From Amoebidium appalachense (lineage: Eukaryota > Protista > Ichthyosporea): a DNA stretch of 64,000 bases. Location of the stretch: the NCBI GenBank assembly GCA_963693365.1, contig CAVNZM010000004.1, positions 6,512,564 through 6,576,563 of the forward strand, in the 5' to 3' direction. Position numbers and translations under genes: made by a program. The notes beneath the pieces were generated by a model. The model did not search any database. It was not told where the DNA came from and saw nothing but the letters and a program-made list of their open reading frames with translations. This document shows, in pieces, positions 1 through 51,920 of the stretch. Each line of letters opens with the position of its first letter. Position 1 is the first letter of the stretch.

Positions 1-1201
1 ATACTAAAATACCCCTTTTTAGTGTAAATTTGTTGATTTTTGCTATATGTATGATCACATGATTTTTGCTATATGTATGACCACATGCACACAGTCCTAT
101 GTCTGTAGCGGAATTTTACGTGGCCTAAACCTCGAAACTGGAAAATCGAAATCCGCTGTTACACACATACGACTTCGCCCCACAAGTATGAGTTTTTGGG
201 GATCCGCGAGCACGGTTTAGTAACCAATCACTGCAGGGCAAGTGGTGCTTAGTTGACCAATCGGAGCTCATCTCATTTCTGTTGCCAAATTGGGTCATGG
301 TTGCCGCGTTTGAGGCTCACGCTCCTCGAGCTCCCGACCTTGAAGCCAGAAAGCGCCTATCATACCATGGCCATAACGAAACAAGTCTTTACTCCGAAGG
401 GAAAAAGCCGTTGTGAGATGCTTGGAGGGTGGATTTGAGGGAACTATAAAGAAGAAGAAGAAGAGAGTGAGAGAAAGGAAGAGGAAGAGAAAAAAATTAG
501 TAGTTGGTGGGGAAAGAAACGATACGCAAACAGAGAATCAAAGAGCACACCGAAAAATGGTGATGTCTTAACTGGACAATCTGACTTCACGATCAACCTA
601 AAAGGAATGAAGCTTACGAGCGGTCGTTTGTTAATTCCTCAGTATCATGTAACGCGCGCCATAGTGACTTGAGTTTTGGATAGCTCTTAGAAGAACGTTT
701 TCCTAGCATACTGGTAAGAGTATAGTCACTTCTGGCCCTTCCTCTTTTTGCGCTGTTGCTACCCTTTTAAAATTTAGTCTTCTCGTTCCCTCTTTTTTAT
801 ATTTTTTGGAAAAACCCCTAGAAAGTTCGTTCATATAGCGCAAATAAACGCCACTGGTGGTGCTTTGGTCATACTCGGAAAGTAGCACCACAGCAGGAGA
901 AACCTTGGCTGCCTTCGCTTCAAGAGCAACATGCGGATCTATGGTAAGTGGTCGGTAATCAAAACACACATGCCAGTGCAACTATAGAAAAAAACCTTGA
1001 TTAACGTCAAAGCAGTCATATGTATCCTTTTCTCTGCCAGTGTGTTTTGTGGTGGGAACTATAACGCATAGAAACCTAGGCGAATCTGTCGAGTGTGAGC
1101 ATACCTGCAAGTGTACTCATAACATCCCCCTTTGCAGATTGCTGTTGCCTTTGAAATTCCCCTTGCTACCTACACCGCCGTTCTGTTGGAAGGCATAAAA
1201 A

Positions 1202-22857
<21,656 letters not shown>

Positions 22858-23309
22858 GTTGCCGGCAGTGACATCTGGGTACGGTCTTGCTGTGAATCAG
22901 ATACAGCAAGGTTGAGGAAGTGAGAGTTAGGAACCGAGTACCTTCTCCGTTGGCGTGTTTGCTTGCCCTGGCGCATCGGTGGGCAAACAACAACCATGTA
23001 AGGCGCACCCATACACACACGTGCCGCACGCACACATGCACACGTGCGCGCGCACACACACACACACACACACACCTGTGCATCTTCTCTTCAGTGTAAT
23101 TACGGACGTGTACATCTACACCGGGGAGTGATGAGGCAATGGTATGCTGAAGTAGCGGGAATCACACCGTTTATTTTAGTTGGCATGTATAAGGTGTGCA
23201 TAGACGGATCGGGAAGAATGAGGGGCTGTGGTCATGTACTGTCTTCTAATTTAGATATGAAATGGAAGCTATATCGTGTGTTGTTCCAGTATTTGCGGCT
23301 GATGTCATG

Positions 23310-23313
<4 letters not shown>

Positions 23314-23368
<55 letters not shown>
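23314..23368. repeat. (TA)n microsatellite downstream of the RhoGAP stop
   Basis: Direct reading. Confidence 0.9.
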
Positions 23369-23370
<2 letters not shown>

Positions 23371-24063
23371 GGTTTACGCTGTTTACTCGAGGCAAAGAAA
23401 AAAAAGAACATTCCAAGGTGAGGCATATATATATATATCTTTCTTGCTTGTTGAGATTTAAGGTGGTTATCTTTCGGTTTTATCAGTAATAATTTTGTTT
23501 TGTTGCTTAGACTGATCTTTTGTTGTGGGGGGTTTGGATGGGTGTTGGGAAACTTTATTTGTGTGCGTGTTTTTTTTTTTCTTTTTTTTTTTTTTTTTGG
23601 GGGGGGGGGGGGAACACTAGGGACTACCTGTAAATCTCCCTACGTTCTAAGCGGCTGTCAGCTATTTCTCTTTGACATTACCGATTTTGCGACTTCCCTT
23701 TAAAGCTAAATGTCGGTGCACATATGCTACAAGCACGTTCCGTTGTCGTTACCATAGTTGTTTTTCCTTTTGATCAGTCGGGTATGTTTGCCTAATATCG
23801 GCTCGTAGGGTTGTAATGTTACCTCAATAACGGGCATAGGATATGTAACTTTACGAAAGGCTCGAATATTATAATCTAACAGTTTGTGGGCTGGAAACGC
23901 ATGCATGCAAAATGCATAAGAATTAGGATAGTTAAGTTATATGCTGCACGGTTGTACGTGAACCGTGTAACATCATCTTGTCTTTGGCAAAGATAGTGTC
24001 ATTTGATAAGCTTCACTTTCCAATATAATATAATAAAAGTACTGGCTTGTTTCTGTGAACTTT

Positions 24064-24100
<37 letters not shown>

Positions 24101-24315
24101 GCCCGCTTGCCCGGAAGCTTCCCGTGGAACAAAAAGAATTGAAAAATTGCGGTTACGGTGCATACATATGGAATGAGGCAGTCGCAAACTTCTTATATTG
24201 GCATTCCCTCCCCCCACTTCTCCCCGGTACAGTGTCAATCAATAGTATGAAATCATCGGAGTCATTGATACACACGTGGTACATGTGACGTGGTGGTGAC
24301 AACTTTTTTTTTTTT

Positions 24316-24356
<41 letters not shown>

Positions 24357-24438
24357 ACACATGTGTGTTGGGGTTGGGGAGGGGTGTGTGTGTGTGGGTG
24401 GGTGGGTGGGTGGGTGGGTGGGTGGGTGGGTGGATGGG

Positions 24439-24505
<67 letters not shown>

Positions 24506-24589
24506 AAGTAGGGGGAACGGCCGAAAACTTATTCAATGGCGTGACCCCTTCTTTCCCACTCACACACTCAAGTTTTAAAATTGAAGCGA

Positions 24590-25485
24590 CACTACCCACA
24601 GAACACGGTCCACCGTGCTAATATTTAAGCCCCACCGAGACCCAATACCCTAGTCACTTTGAGTGCTGTCTCCCTGCGGCCCGGCTCAACATACCTTGTA
24701 TGTTGCTGTCCCGAGGCGTAGTAGTGCTCAGCCACTTACGTAAGCCAGTGGGTACATAGCCTTGGAGACTACCCAATACCCACAGGCACACACATGTATA
24801 CACACACAGGCAGACCCATCTAGCCGTGCAAATACTGCTGTTCAACGTTAACGTGGCAATCATACATACATTTTGCAACACAATGGCAAAGTGGTTTGTA
24901 CAGACCAAGCTTGGTTGAACATATTTGCATGCAGCTCCTGGGCATGCGTACAGTAGCAAATCATCACCACCCAATCGATATGATTCCCCCATCGTAAGCA
25001 CCACCGGCATATTTTTGGCCAGTAGTGTTACCACATATCAGCACACCACAAATCTTGTCGCATCGTAGTTACAACAATGAGTGTCACTGCATCATAGTTT
25101 ATTAATTACTATTTTCATTAGTATTTCAAGAATATTTGGCAATTTTGATGTCATAAAAACAACTAAGCAACGTTTCGATGGTTTTTGATGCCTCACAAAA
25201 TGGCCTTAGGTCCCCTCCAAATTCCGGATTTGAGGTCCGGCAAACAACGCAATATATATATATAGATAATGTGACATGGTAGGTTTTGGTTGGAGGGAAG
25301 ACCTACTACACAGGTCTGGTGCTCCCCACTAGCGAGGCTCGAGAAAATACACTTGGCTACTAGTAAGTGTGTACTAAAATTTTTAGTAGGTAGAATTGTG
25401 AAAGACGGGTTAGCTTAGCTAATTGCAGCATAAGCGCCCTATCTTGGGCTATGATAGGGCACAGTCAACGTCGGTCAACCAAAAA

Positions 25486-25541
<56 letters not shown>

Positions 25542-28410
25542 AGAAAAAAAAAGAAAGAAAAAAAAAAGTAACCTCAATTCTTGATCTACAGACTAGGCAC
25601 AGACCTGGCCCTGCAGCATGCAGTAATATGCAGACGACTAACAAAAAACAGGCTGCGCATGCAGGGCACTGTGCAGAGTCACATGGGATATGTGCATCCA
25701 TAAGCCGGGGATCCTGGCACATGCACTCCATGACCAGCTGAGTGATCATCTGGCCATGTGGATGCTGGAGCACCCCGCAAAGGAAAAATGACCACTGGCG
25801 GCTCACGCAGCCACTGTGGCCACCTGACCATGTTGGTCTGTTGGTATGTGGCTGTTTGACAAGGCCACTGCCCACGCAAGCCGGCTCAGTACCATGCTCT
25901 TTATTGGCATCACGGTCTCACGTTTTAGTCGATCCCAAGGTGGCAATAGTGCGTACGCGTGATTACAATTATTCCTTCATTTCACAATGATTGACTACAA
26001 TAATGATTGAAGACGTGTCCAACAAGCCCTGGAATGATAATTATCAAGCAGGAAATTAGGGTACTGCGCAGCGAATTGAATTTGAACACATTGAATCAAA
26101 TATGTGGCCTCTGTAAAATGCATACGAGGGCAGTGTGAAGGTTTTGGTGAACTGGCCTGGATCAGCCTCATCTGTAATGTCGTGCGATCATTGGTTAGAT
26201 ATGCTCGTAGGAGCACATATTATTGTCATTATGATTGGATAATTGTTGATTTATAAAAGTGGCAAAAGATCTAATTTTAATCTCCAGTTACACTACAAAG
26301 CAAAGCATTACTTTCTGTTTTTAGGTACAGAATGTGTTGAAAACCAATATTGTAAGTCAATATAACATATATTTGCCTAAAATACGAATGAAAATTAATT
26401 GACAATAAAAAACTGCCAGATCAAAAAGCATGAAAATTGTTCTCTTCTTCCCAGGCTGCCTTTCAAATTTCTTCACCCTTTTCTAGATCTCACCAATCAA
26501 AAATGAAATGCATCCGAAGATGATTGGCTGCTTCTCAAGCATCAAGATCTGTGGACTGGCCCACTAACCACCTCCATCCTGTCACTGCAACTCCTGCCTG
26601 CCAACTTCAAGGAGTTTCGAGCATTGTATACCGTATGTTAGCTTGTTTCATCACTGAGCAAGTATTGTAGCCTGTTTACAAAAAATTCGTCTGTTATATG
26701 AGGGTGCAAATATTTCATTACCTCGCCATTTATTGTGGCCATGCATGCTGTAACAATTGCATCGTAACAATTGGCAAGAGCTGCGGAAAAGTTGCACATG
26801 CTATTTGATGAAGCAGCACCATATGCACGCTTTCTGGCACGAGTCTCATTATACACGCCATACATACCCTGATACTATAATATAGTAACTATATACATAC
26901 ATGTGTGTCCAAAAACGACACGGCTTGAGTGAGCATGGACCACTGGACAGGCATCGATATCGGTATGTATCGCTTGATCGGCTACATGTACGAACGTAAA
27001 TGTACCGTAGTATAGTATATATATACAGTAGCAGGCGGAGCTCTGCATTTGACGCACTTTATTATATGCCGGCCCAGTACCGCGTGCACTTTGTGCACAC
27101 CGTGCACGTGTGACAGATATCGGTGCAACACCGGTACATCGGTCCCCAACTTCCTCGCATCTGTCACCTTCCCTCGATCGTGTCATGTTACCGCATGGAA
27201 GGTGCGGATGCGAGCGTGCACCAGAAAAGCCACCATGCGACCATGGGGTGCCGGAAGGCGGCACGTGCCAGCCGTCAATAGACACCACACAGCCAAATTA
27301 ACCTCAGCAACAGAGACACAAAACCACCAAGCGCTGCTGATTGAACAATCATACGTAGGGGCCCTTTCACACACACGCACACGCATACATAGTCAATATG
27401 TACAACTAACATTACTCAAAGCTGTCAGCATCACAGTGTTTTAATTATCACACACTTCCAAGCATGTACGAATGGTTTGGTGCTATCCCAATGAAAGTTA
27501 ACTTTTTGTGAATGTTGGTATCACCAGGAGCCAATTTCCCCCCCGCTTGTGAACTAGGACGTTCGTGTTAATGAAAGGAGCTGTCTTGATTTAAAAACCA
27601 TCACATATCAGTACAAAAAGTACCAGACTATTGTTTTCTTGTTCTCGTCGTGTCTTGACCAAAATTCTGGACACTGAAACCAACCTGCAGCAAGGAGATC
27701 CCTGAGCGGGTTCTCTTTTTTACGTTGTTAGCTTTGTTTTCAACGACGGTTTGACACACTCTAGTTTCAACACATATATATCATAATAGTCCTTGCACTG
27801 AATCTGTTGAAAACCTGTGTGGAGGGTTATACCAAGAATCCACCACGCATACACGCACGAAAGAATGACAACCTTCCAAGAACGCGTATCTGCGCTCATT
27901 CGCGCACGCAGGTTCAGTATGAGCCTCAAGAGCCCCAATGTACACTGGAAATGGCCGACCATAACTCTACCCAGCAGAGGGTCTCGTGATAGTCCCCGCA
28001 ATTCAACATCCTCCCCTTGTGTCGTCGAAACTTTCGAAACACGAAGCGCCGAAGTTGCTCCTGTTTCCAACCCAACGCATGCGGACAATGACCACCTAGT
28101 ACACCCCGGCAGCATGAAAGAAGTTATGACCAAGTCCTCCTCTTTTCCGTTCATGCACACGTCGGTTTCTGACGCGTACGCACACCCAAACACGTACTTG
28201 AATGTGCCCACACCCAGGTTTTTCCCGATACGCAGCCCAAGCCCGAGCTATAGGAGCATGGTTACCTCTGTAACGTGCTTGCGTGTACCCGGAATGAGTC
28301 GGTCAATGTTTAGTCTTTCGAGTGCGAGGGACCCGGAGTTGATACTTGGGGTGGAGGGGGAGGAAGAGCTGAGACACATGGAGGCAGAGTCGGCTGCGGT
28401 GGTTTGGTGA
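24590..28410 (-). pseudogene. Degenerate coding-like block, possibly a decayed DNA transposon
   Basis: Largely free of microsatellites. A long minus-strand frame runs from ~28380 to 27720 with one in-frame stop near 28250. Broken Cys-containing frames occur at 25600-26200. No diagnostic catalytic motif recognised. Confidence 0.3.
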
Positions 28411-29062
28411 ATTGAAATAAGTGTTTTAACGGTAAAATCGTCAAATCATTGGTCAAACTTTATTTTTGAAATTTAAGAGTTGACTACCAGATATGTTTTG
28501 GGGTCCCGAGGCTACTAGGCCTTATTTTTCTATGATTCTTTTAGCTTTCAAATTTAGAATTACTGGAATTAAAAAGACTTCACTTGAAAATTTCTTTTCT
28601 ACGCACCCCTTTTCCCCATTTAGTCCGAGTTACTATTGAATGTGATTGTTAGTACAGAGCACGAAGGCTGCGGCTAAAAAGCGCAAACATGTACATGAAG
28701 AGATGATGTAATTCACAGTTAGAAGAATGCCATCATTTAACGGTGTCTATGTGTGTGCGGTGTGTGTATGTACAGAAAACGAATCAGACAATGTATGTAG
28801 ACTAAGTGATACAAACAGCCTCAGTTGGTTATGCTCCCATATGTGCAAGTGAAAAAACGAGTGAGTGAACAGATTTTGATTCCCTTGTAAATATATCCGG
28901 ATATGTCTACTGGTGGTTTTAAAATAGGTGGTATAACTCCCACCACGGAGTATCAATAGCGTATTCAGAATAAATAACAGATTTGATTAAATGGTGGAAT
29001 TAACGCAATGTCATCAGGCAGAGCCAGTCTGAAATCACTACACCCGAGATTGCAGAGTCATT

Positions 29063-29100
<38 letters not shown>

Positions 29101-29383
29101 CCCCCCCAAAAACGTAAAAAAGTAATTGAGCATCTCCAGCCTTTAGGAAAGCAGACACTATGTTGCCGCAGCATATCAAAGTTTCGCGGAAGGTGTTCAC
29201 CTTTGCAAAAAATCGACATCTGGCAGCTTAACCATTAACCGTATCTTCATGCCACACGCACAGGAATACAATTGCTCATTCACATTTTGGCTTGCAAAGT
29301 GCGAAATCAAAAAAGCGAGACTGAGCGGAGCTACTCAGAGTACATCCAGGCAGCGCAAGTCTATATGATAATGCTTCCATGCA

Positions 29384-29414
<31 letters not shown>

Positions 29415-30475
29415 AAAAAAAAAAAAAATAGAAGAAGAAGAAGAAAATCAAATAAAAAAAATGAAAAAAATAAAAATATAAATGGAAACAAAACCGTAAA
29501 ATCACTCCCTTCTATGCACTCACGACCTACCTGCCTACTTTGCCGGGGAAACAGAGTTTTCAGATGCACCAAGTCAGTTGAATATAGATTCCACTGCTAG
29601 GTTATATCGCTGAATCAAGTACCGGTGCCATAATCACAATCTACATAACTGGGTGTTACCTCTGTAGGTGTTCAAAAATTTAAAATAGAGATTTTCGGGA
29701 ATCCGATATTGGCAATGTTTGACAGCACTGAACTTTAGAGTCAACATCTAATATCATCTAAAATCGTTGCATCATGTTAAAAATAAACAACAGTACATGC
29801 TTCGTAGAAAATGCAGACGCCCTTGCATATATTCGCAAGGCATAGCTTGGAGCTATTCAGAGTTGTCTGCTATATATAACCCCCGTGGCTGCGGTAATAA
29901 GTTTTAAAATTCCTGCATAGCAATATCCACACATAGTAACCGTTGTTAGATGTCGAAGGTATTTAGGGTTATAACTACATTCGACCACTATTATCCTTAA
30001 AAGAAAATCATTGACTTGAATATTTGCTCGAATATCCTAAGTTTTGCTATAGCAATTTGATATGTAAAATATGTAAAAAAAAGTGCAATCTCGCTATAGC
30101 ATCACAGTATCTGAATCACTTCTGTTAAACCATCTCCACAGCCGAGATATAGAGTTTTGAAGACGTATTCCCTGGCCTGCCTGTTGCCGTCTAATCGACG
30201 TTTTCCTGGGTGCCACTTTCAGCATTTCCCCCCGTTTGCCTTTTGGGGTTCATTGCTGCAAAATGATTGGACCAAAGTCAGACACCGGATGGTAATACGT
30301 GGATTTACCAATGTTAGTCTAGCACCTATTAGGGCACGAGGCGGATAGGGGAAGAAAAGATCCGTACATTATATTAAATCTCGAATTCGAGATACTAAGC
30401 GAAAAACCAGGGGGTTTTCCATCGTCCGTCTCCCCCCCCGCCCCCCCCTCTCCCCTTGGTTCTGTATTTCTTTGG

Positions 30476-30606
<131 letters not shown>

Positions 30607-30646
30607 CGTGCATGTGTGTATGTGTGTGTGTGTGTGTGCGCGTGCA

Positions 30647-30710
<64 letters not shown>

Positions 30711-30929
30711 TGTGGGTGGGTTTTTTTTTTTTTGGGGGGGGGGGGGAGGGGAAGGGGGGGGGGGGGGGGGGGGGATTGAGCTCCTTTTCCAGCAGGGGGT
30801 TTCCAACTTTCCAACCTTTTTGAACTTGTGGTATTATCACTTAAATGCCCTAAATGCATTTACTCCTTAAAAAAAAAAGCAAGGCTTCTAACACATTTTA
30901 TACTCGTGTACCCATTGGTCCTTTGGGGT

Positions 30930-45941
<15,012 letters not shown>

Positions 45942-47304
45942 TCTCCTTGGTTTCTAATTTTCTCCACCCAAATGGAACATGGATTATAAAGGAGTGTACA
46001 TGTACCCGTTAGCCTGAACTCTGTATGACTGAAATTAAGTCTGGAAGGTGGTACATAGATGCTCCGGCTGTGTGGCCGGTGCCCACACAAAGAAGGCTGT
46101 TAAGAGAGGCCTTTGTTAAGAAAAGCCGTCAAATATCACCGCAGATGCAAACAACCGATAGCACCGTTTTTCTGTGCATTGGAAAAGTGGGTTTTTTATG
46201 TGCATTAGGTACACGTGATGATGTTTCCTCACTAGCTGATCCACGTGATTGTATTTGTCTCTATTTGTTTATCGTTGGCCAGAATGATTTTTTTGAAAAA
46301 GGTTGCGTGGGAAGTGAGCCTGACCAACCGTGATGGCGGGCGATAAGGCCGCTGATTTCTGTTGGCTATCAACAAACTGACATTCTTTGATTGGCTCATC
46401 TTGTTTAGGTTAACCAATCAACAACTTCCTACCATTTGCTTGCGCAAACAGCATGGCTGAATATTGCAAATCGTGGCCTCTGTGACGCACACGCACACAC
46501 GGGCACACGCACACGTGCACAAAAGCACACACAAAAAAACATATACACATACATGCACACAAACAAACACACACACACGCACACGCACACTCACATCCCA
46601 ACACATGCACTACACAGACACATCCACACGAACGCACACACACACGCACACACGCACACGCAAACACACAAGCACATACACACGCACGCAAAGACACACA
46701 TCAACACATGCACTACACACGTAAGCACACAAACATGTACAACACAAACACACGCAAACACAAACACAGACACACACGCACACACGCACGCATACAAGCA
46801 CACATACACGAACACGCGCACAAGCACGGGTGCACGCACACGCACACATGAAAAACCCTCCTTCGATCCCCCACCCCTTTACCTCGCCCTTGTGCAAAGG
46901 TTGGAAGAGACCGTGGACTCGAAGACTGCCGAGACGGAGTAAGCAGCTTTATCCTAGTACGTGAAATTTAAAAAAAATAGAAACAGTACTAGACAAGCAT
47001 AATAATAGCACGCATGCAATCGTAGTACGATTCGTCTCCCTACTATATCTGTTGCGGGAGTAATAATAATCACTTGTCAACAAAGTGCACACCCTCCTAC
47101 ACCTTCTTGTGCTGCCCGTATTGCGTTTTGAATTGCGTAGATCCTGGGGCTCAAATTTCAGCTCATGCCGTCACACCTCCAATAACATAACATATCTATC
47201 CTAGCTGGCCCCCTTAAGCGTGAGCCATACATCGGTACACACACACACACGCACGCACGCACACACACGCACGCACACACACGCACACGCACACGCACAC
47301 GCAC

Positions 47305-47441
<137 letters not shown>

Positions 47442-47697
47442 ACACACAGAGAGAGAGAGAGAGCGCGCGCGCGCGCTCGCGCAGTGAGACACAACAAAAT
47501 GAAGAACCCAGAGTGGAGGAAAGACTGGCCGGTTGAGATGGAAAAAAGGAAGTAAAAACGTAAAATTTTACTAAAACCATTCAGAATTTAATGGCTGATG
47601 ATCAAAAAATCCCAAATGTGCGCACATATAGCGCCACGACGGTCTCATTCAACCCAATCCAACAGTTTTCCTTAAAAACGTTGAACACCGGCACCTA

Positions 47698-48182
47698 CAG
47701 TCACCGACATGGAAATTGCGCCAATCAGGGGGCCCGATTCAACAGGTTCTGCGTGATCTTGGTCCAATCAGAGCCTCTTTAACATAGAAGTGTTACATTC
47801 TTTTGCATTAACCAAAAAAAACTAAACATTGCACCAATAGGAATGCCCTTACAGAAAGGGGCAGCACGATGTGGCTTGAGCGAACTTTTGGGAGTATAAT
47901 TTAGGTGCTCAGAATTCAACACAATTATACAAAAAAGATAAAATAGAGAGCTATAATTTTTGATTATTGGTAGGTTCTGTTGCAATGTATCCGAGGGAGA
48001 CTTTATAAGTTTTGCATTTTCTTTCTTCAAAGTTCTGGCGAGTGACGCCTCTAAAGTTGATCTGAACTCAGGAATTTGCAGTCACTCTTTCTAATATTTC
48101 GAGCGGGTGATCTGCAATTAAGAGACAAACTTTAAATCGTATTGAATTCCTGCGAATGGCGCAATTTCCATGTTGTAGCCAT
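47698..48182. mobile_element. Tc1/mariner-type MITE with TA target duplication
   Basis: TA|CAGTCACCGACATGGAAATTGCGCCA ... TGGCGCAATTTCCATGTTGTAGCCAT|TA. A 17-bp perfect inverted core sits at equal distance from the flanking TA on both sides. AT-rich non-coding interior. Confidence 0.6.
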
Positions 48183-49697
48183 TAGTATGAACATATCCCA
48201 ACCAGTCCAATTATGGACCACACCATTCACATATATACCGGATAGCCCACTGGAAAACCTAATTTTACATCCGTACCCGCGCTGACCCAAAACATCCCCC
48301 CCCCCCCCCCCCCCCCCCCCCCCCGTGGCCTCCCCCCCATTCCCCATCCCAGAACTATTGCAATACATCTAAGTAGGAAGTCTCCCCCCCCCCCCCCCCC
48401 CCCCCCACCCCCACCCCCCACCCCCACCCACCCACATACACACACACACACACACACCATCACCCACCCACCCACCCAGTGGCACCCCTCCATCACCCCA
48501 CATTTTTATATCACTCTTTCACTCCCCGGACTCACCCTTCCTTTATTGCGCATGAAGATGCGTTGGAGACCCCCCCGCCCCCTCCCCCCCGCCCCCTCCC
48601 CCCCCCCCCCCCGCATCCATCCCCCCCTCCCCCCCCCCCCCCCCCTTCCCCCCCCCTTCCCTGCGGGGGGCTTCCTTGCTCTTTCAGTGTTCTGGCCCTT
48701 AAGATTAAGACATCTGCATGTCGGTGCACCAAACATTCCTCCCGCCCCTCCTATACCCCCTCTTTCCCTCCCCATCCTTATCACCACGCCACACCATGCC
48801 ATAGACACCTCAATAGTTATGTTGGGCTCAGGTGTGTGCATGTGGCCAAAACCAGGGAAGTTGGTTGGTTGTGCAGGTTTGGACGTTTTTCATAGGCGCA
48901 TGTTGCGCCCAGCGAGGGAGGGAGGGAGGGGAGGGGGGGGGGGGGGGGTCTGTTAGTTTCGGAAGTTAAAGAAAAGGAAAAAACTGAAAGAGAACGGTGA
49001 GGAAAATCTGAGGAAGGATTAGAAGGGTGCCGGGAAAGGGCGGAATTAAGATGGGGGGGAGGGAAGGGGGGGAGGGGGGGGGGGGGGGGGGGGGGGAAGG
49101 GGGGTGGTCACGTTTGGAAGACGCACATGCGAATAACAGACGTACGAGACCTATGTGGGACCCGGAGGTGGGGAGGGGGAGGGAAACTTCCTTGTTCTGT
49201 AATGTGAATACTTTCCCATTCTGCACCACAAAAACCACCGATGTTGGGTTACGCGGCGCGGCCCCCCTTAACAGCTTTATAACGAGAGGATTTCTGATAC
49301 CGGAAAAGTCTGGCTGATTCCTTAAGCCGGTTACCATATATTTGTAACTGTAATATCGGAAAGGTAGGGGTGGGGATAGGTTCTGGCTATGCACCAGCAC
49401 ACATTCTTCCACTCTTAGTGGATGTGACTGGGGCGCAACCGCCCGGAATCCACGGTTTAATTGGAAGGGCTCCCCAAATGCAGATTTTTGATTGGATTGC
49501 ACCTGGGGAAATCTGGAAGTTGCAATGTGGTTGAACACAAATGGGCTTCGGAAGATATACAACAACGAATACAGTTTACTATGGTCCCAAAGTAACAGAT
49601 CATCCTTTCTCCTCTCTCGATACACCGGCTTTGGAATCTCATAGCTTGCGGTTTCATAGCTTGCGGTTGCACACTGCAATGGCTCCAATCCTCCCCT

Positions 49698-49728
<31 letters not shown>

Positions 49729-49812
49729 TGCGCCCAAAAAAAAAAATAAGAAAACACACGCGCGCACGCACGAGCGCGCGCGTGCACGCAGGAGCGCGCA
49801 CGCACACACACA

Positions 49813-49876
<64 letters not shown>

Positions 49877-50007
49877 GGCGCACACACACCAACACACACT
49901 GCTCTCCATTATTAGTACATACATTCTGTATTTGTTTTCCGCTACTAAACCGACTTTTGTGCACAACCCCCAAATCCCCTCCACCCCCTTTCCCCTTCTT
50001 CCCTCCT

Positions 50008-50041
<34 letters not shown>

Positions 50042-50331
50042 ACCACCACCACACACACACACAAACACAAACACACACACACATAGACAGGAGAAAGAGG
50101 GTTCGGAAGGCGAGAGAGTGCTTGTGTGCGTGTGTGTGTGTGTGTGTGTGCGCGCGCGGGCATGCGCCAACGTGTTCCACAGTGTATGTGCTTGTGTATG
50201 GAGGTGTTTTTGTCGGCTTGGGTGGGGGTGTGTGTGTGTGTGTGTGTGATCATATGCCGAATGTTTATGTGTGCTACGCACATGCATGGCGCATGCAATG
50301 CATGCATATGTTGTGTGTGCGTGCGTGTGTC

Positions 50332-50463
<132 letters not shown>

Positions 50464-50932
50464 GCGCGCGCGTATGTGTATGTATGTGCGCACGTGTGTG
50501 TGTGTGTGTGTGTGTATGTGTGTGTGTGCGCGCGTGGTCGCAAGCGCATGTGTGCATGATAATGTGCGCATGCTAGTGTGTGTTTGTCCCACTGCCAATC
50601 AAATAACTTAACGTGTGCTTGCCAAGTGCGCCATCAACATGATGATAAGCTTCAAGTCTAAGAGCTGAATGTGTGCGAAATGAAAGGCATGTGCGAACTT
50701 TTGTGCTGCTGTTTTCTTGACGTTTCTGTCTTCTTTTTTGCTCTGTTTTGCTGCATGATACCGAGAGAAAAAAACGCTTCTCCTCACTAATAATGTTGTG
50801 CCAAAGGTTTTACTCATACACTTGTATTTCATACATTTTAGTGAAATCCCCCCCCCCCCCCCCCAACCCCCCTTCCCCCCCCCCCCCCCCCCCCCACACA
50901 CACACACGCACTACCACCCCCCCCCCCCCCCC

Positions 50933-50965
<33 letters not shown>

Positions 50966-51363
50966 TAAAGGATTAGAAAGAAAAAGAAGCCTCGTGAAAA
51001 AAAGTACAGGTTGAATTCGCTACATATTCATAGCTGCATGCTACTGGAATATACTTTTATTATGCAACTCAGCCAATAACATAACAAACCACATCGAAGT
51101 TCCTGTGCTTTTTTTTGTTCTTTCAAGCATACACCGTTTTTGAAATATGATGTCAATGTACATGCTATATGTCCCATTGACGGTGTCATCTAAATTCTGT
51201 GATTGATTAGTATTCGTAAGCCCCCCCCCCCCCTCCCCCCCCCTCCCCCCCCCCCCTCCCCCCGCCCCCCACTCCCCCCTCTCCCCTCCCCCCCCCCCCC
51301 CCCCCCCCACACACACACACAGACACAAGTACACAGCTTTCCGACGTTTATTTTGCTGGGGGC

Positions 51364-51920
51364 TCACAGTATGCAGGGCGTGCACCATTCATCATCACCA
51401 CCGGCCCGGGCACGCTGCTTACGTGTGTTTGTTGGATTGGCAATCGCGCCGGGCGTCGTCACACGAGTAGCAAATGCCGTGTTGATTGTAGATTCAATGC
51501 CCGCCGCAATGGGTCTCCATTTGTTTGCACCGCCGTTTTCGTTGTTGTTCGAGGTGGGGTTGTTGGACGACGACGAGCGTAAGCTGAATGGCTCCGGAAA
51601 GAAGAGTCTTGTTGTGTTTGTCAAGCACGTCTCTAATGGCTCTCTGCACCTCACAACCTTGGTCCATAAGCATTGATTGAGCACAGCAAATACAATATGG
51701 AACATAAAGCATTGGTATGTCTATCTCGATACGGTGTCACGCCCGGTGCGGTGGTGGCGTTGACGTCTTTAATGATATTGCTGTATTCCTCAGGGTCCAT
51801 ATAACCACACAGCGCAATGGGGAAACTTTTGTCGAAGAGGGAACTTTTGTCCGCTGTAATCGGCACCCTGTGCTTGATGATGAAAGGGGCATTCAAACTC
51901 GAAGAACCAGAGGCGGCCAT
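51364..51920 (-). pseudogene. Intronless, frameshifted Erf4/Golgin-A7-like small protein gene
   Basis: Frame 1 reads LFDKSFPIALCGYMDPEEYSNIIKDVN, then another frame continues YCICCAQSMLMDQGCEVQRAIRDVLDKHN. Together they resemble the FP..L...I..EEF...I..IN / Cys-rich / ..L...N layout of Erf4-family proteins. No usable intron bridges the shift near 51730. Confidence 0.4.
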
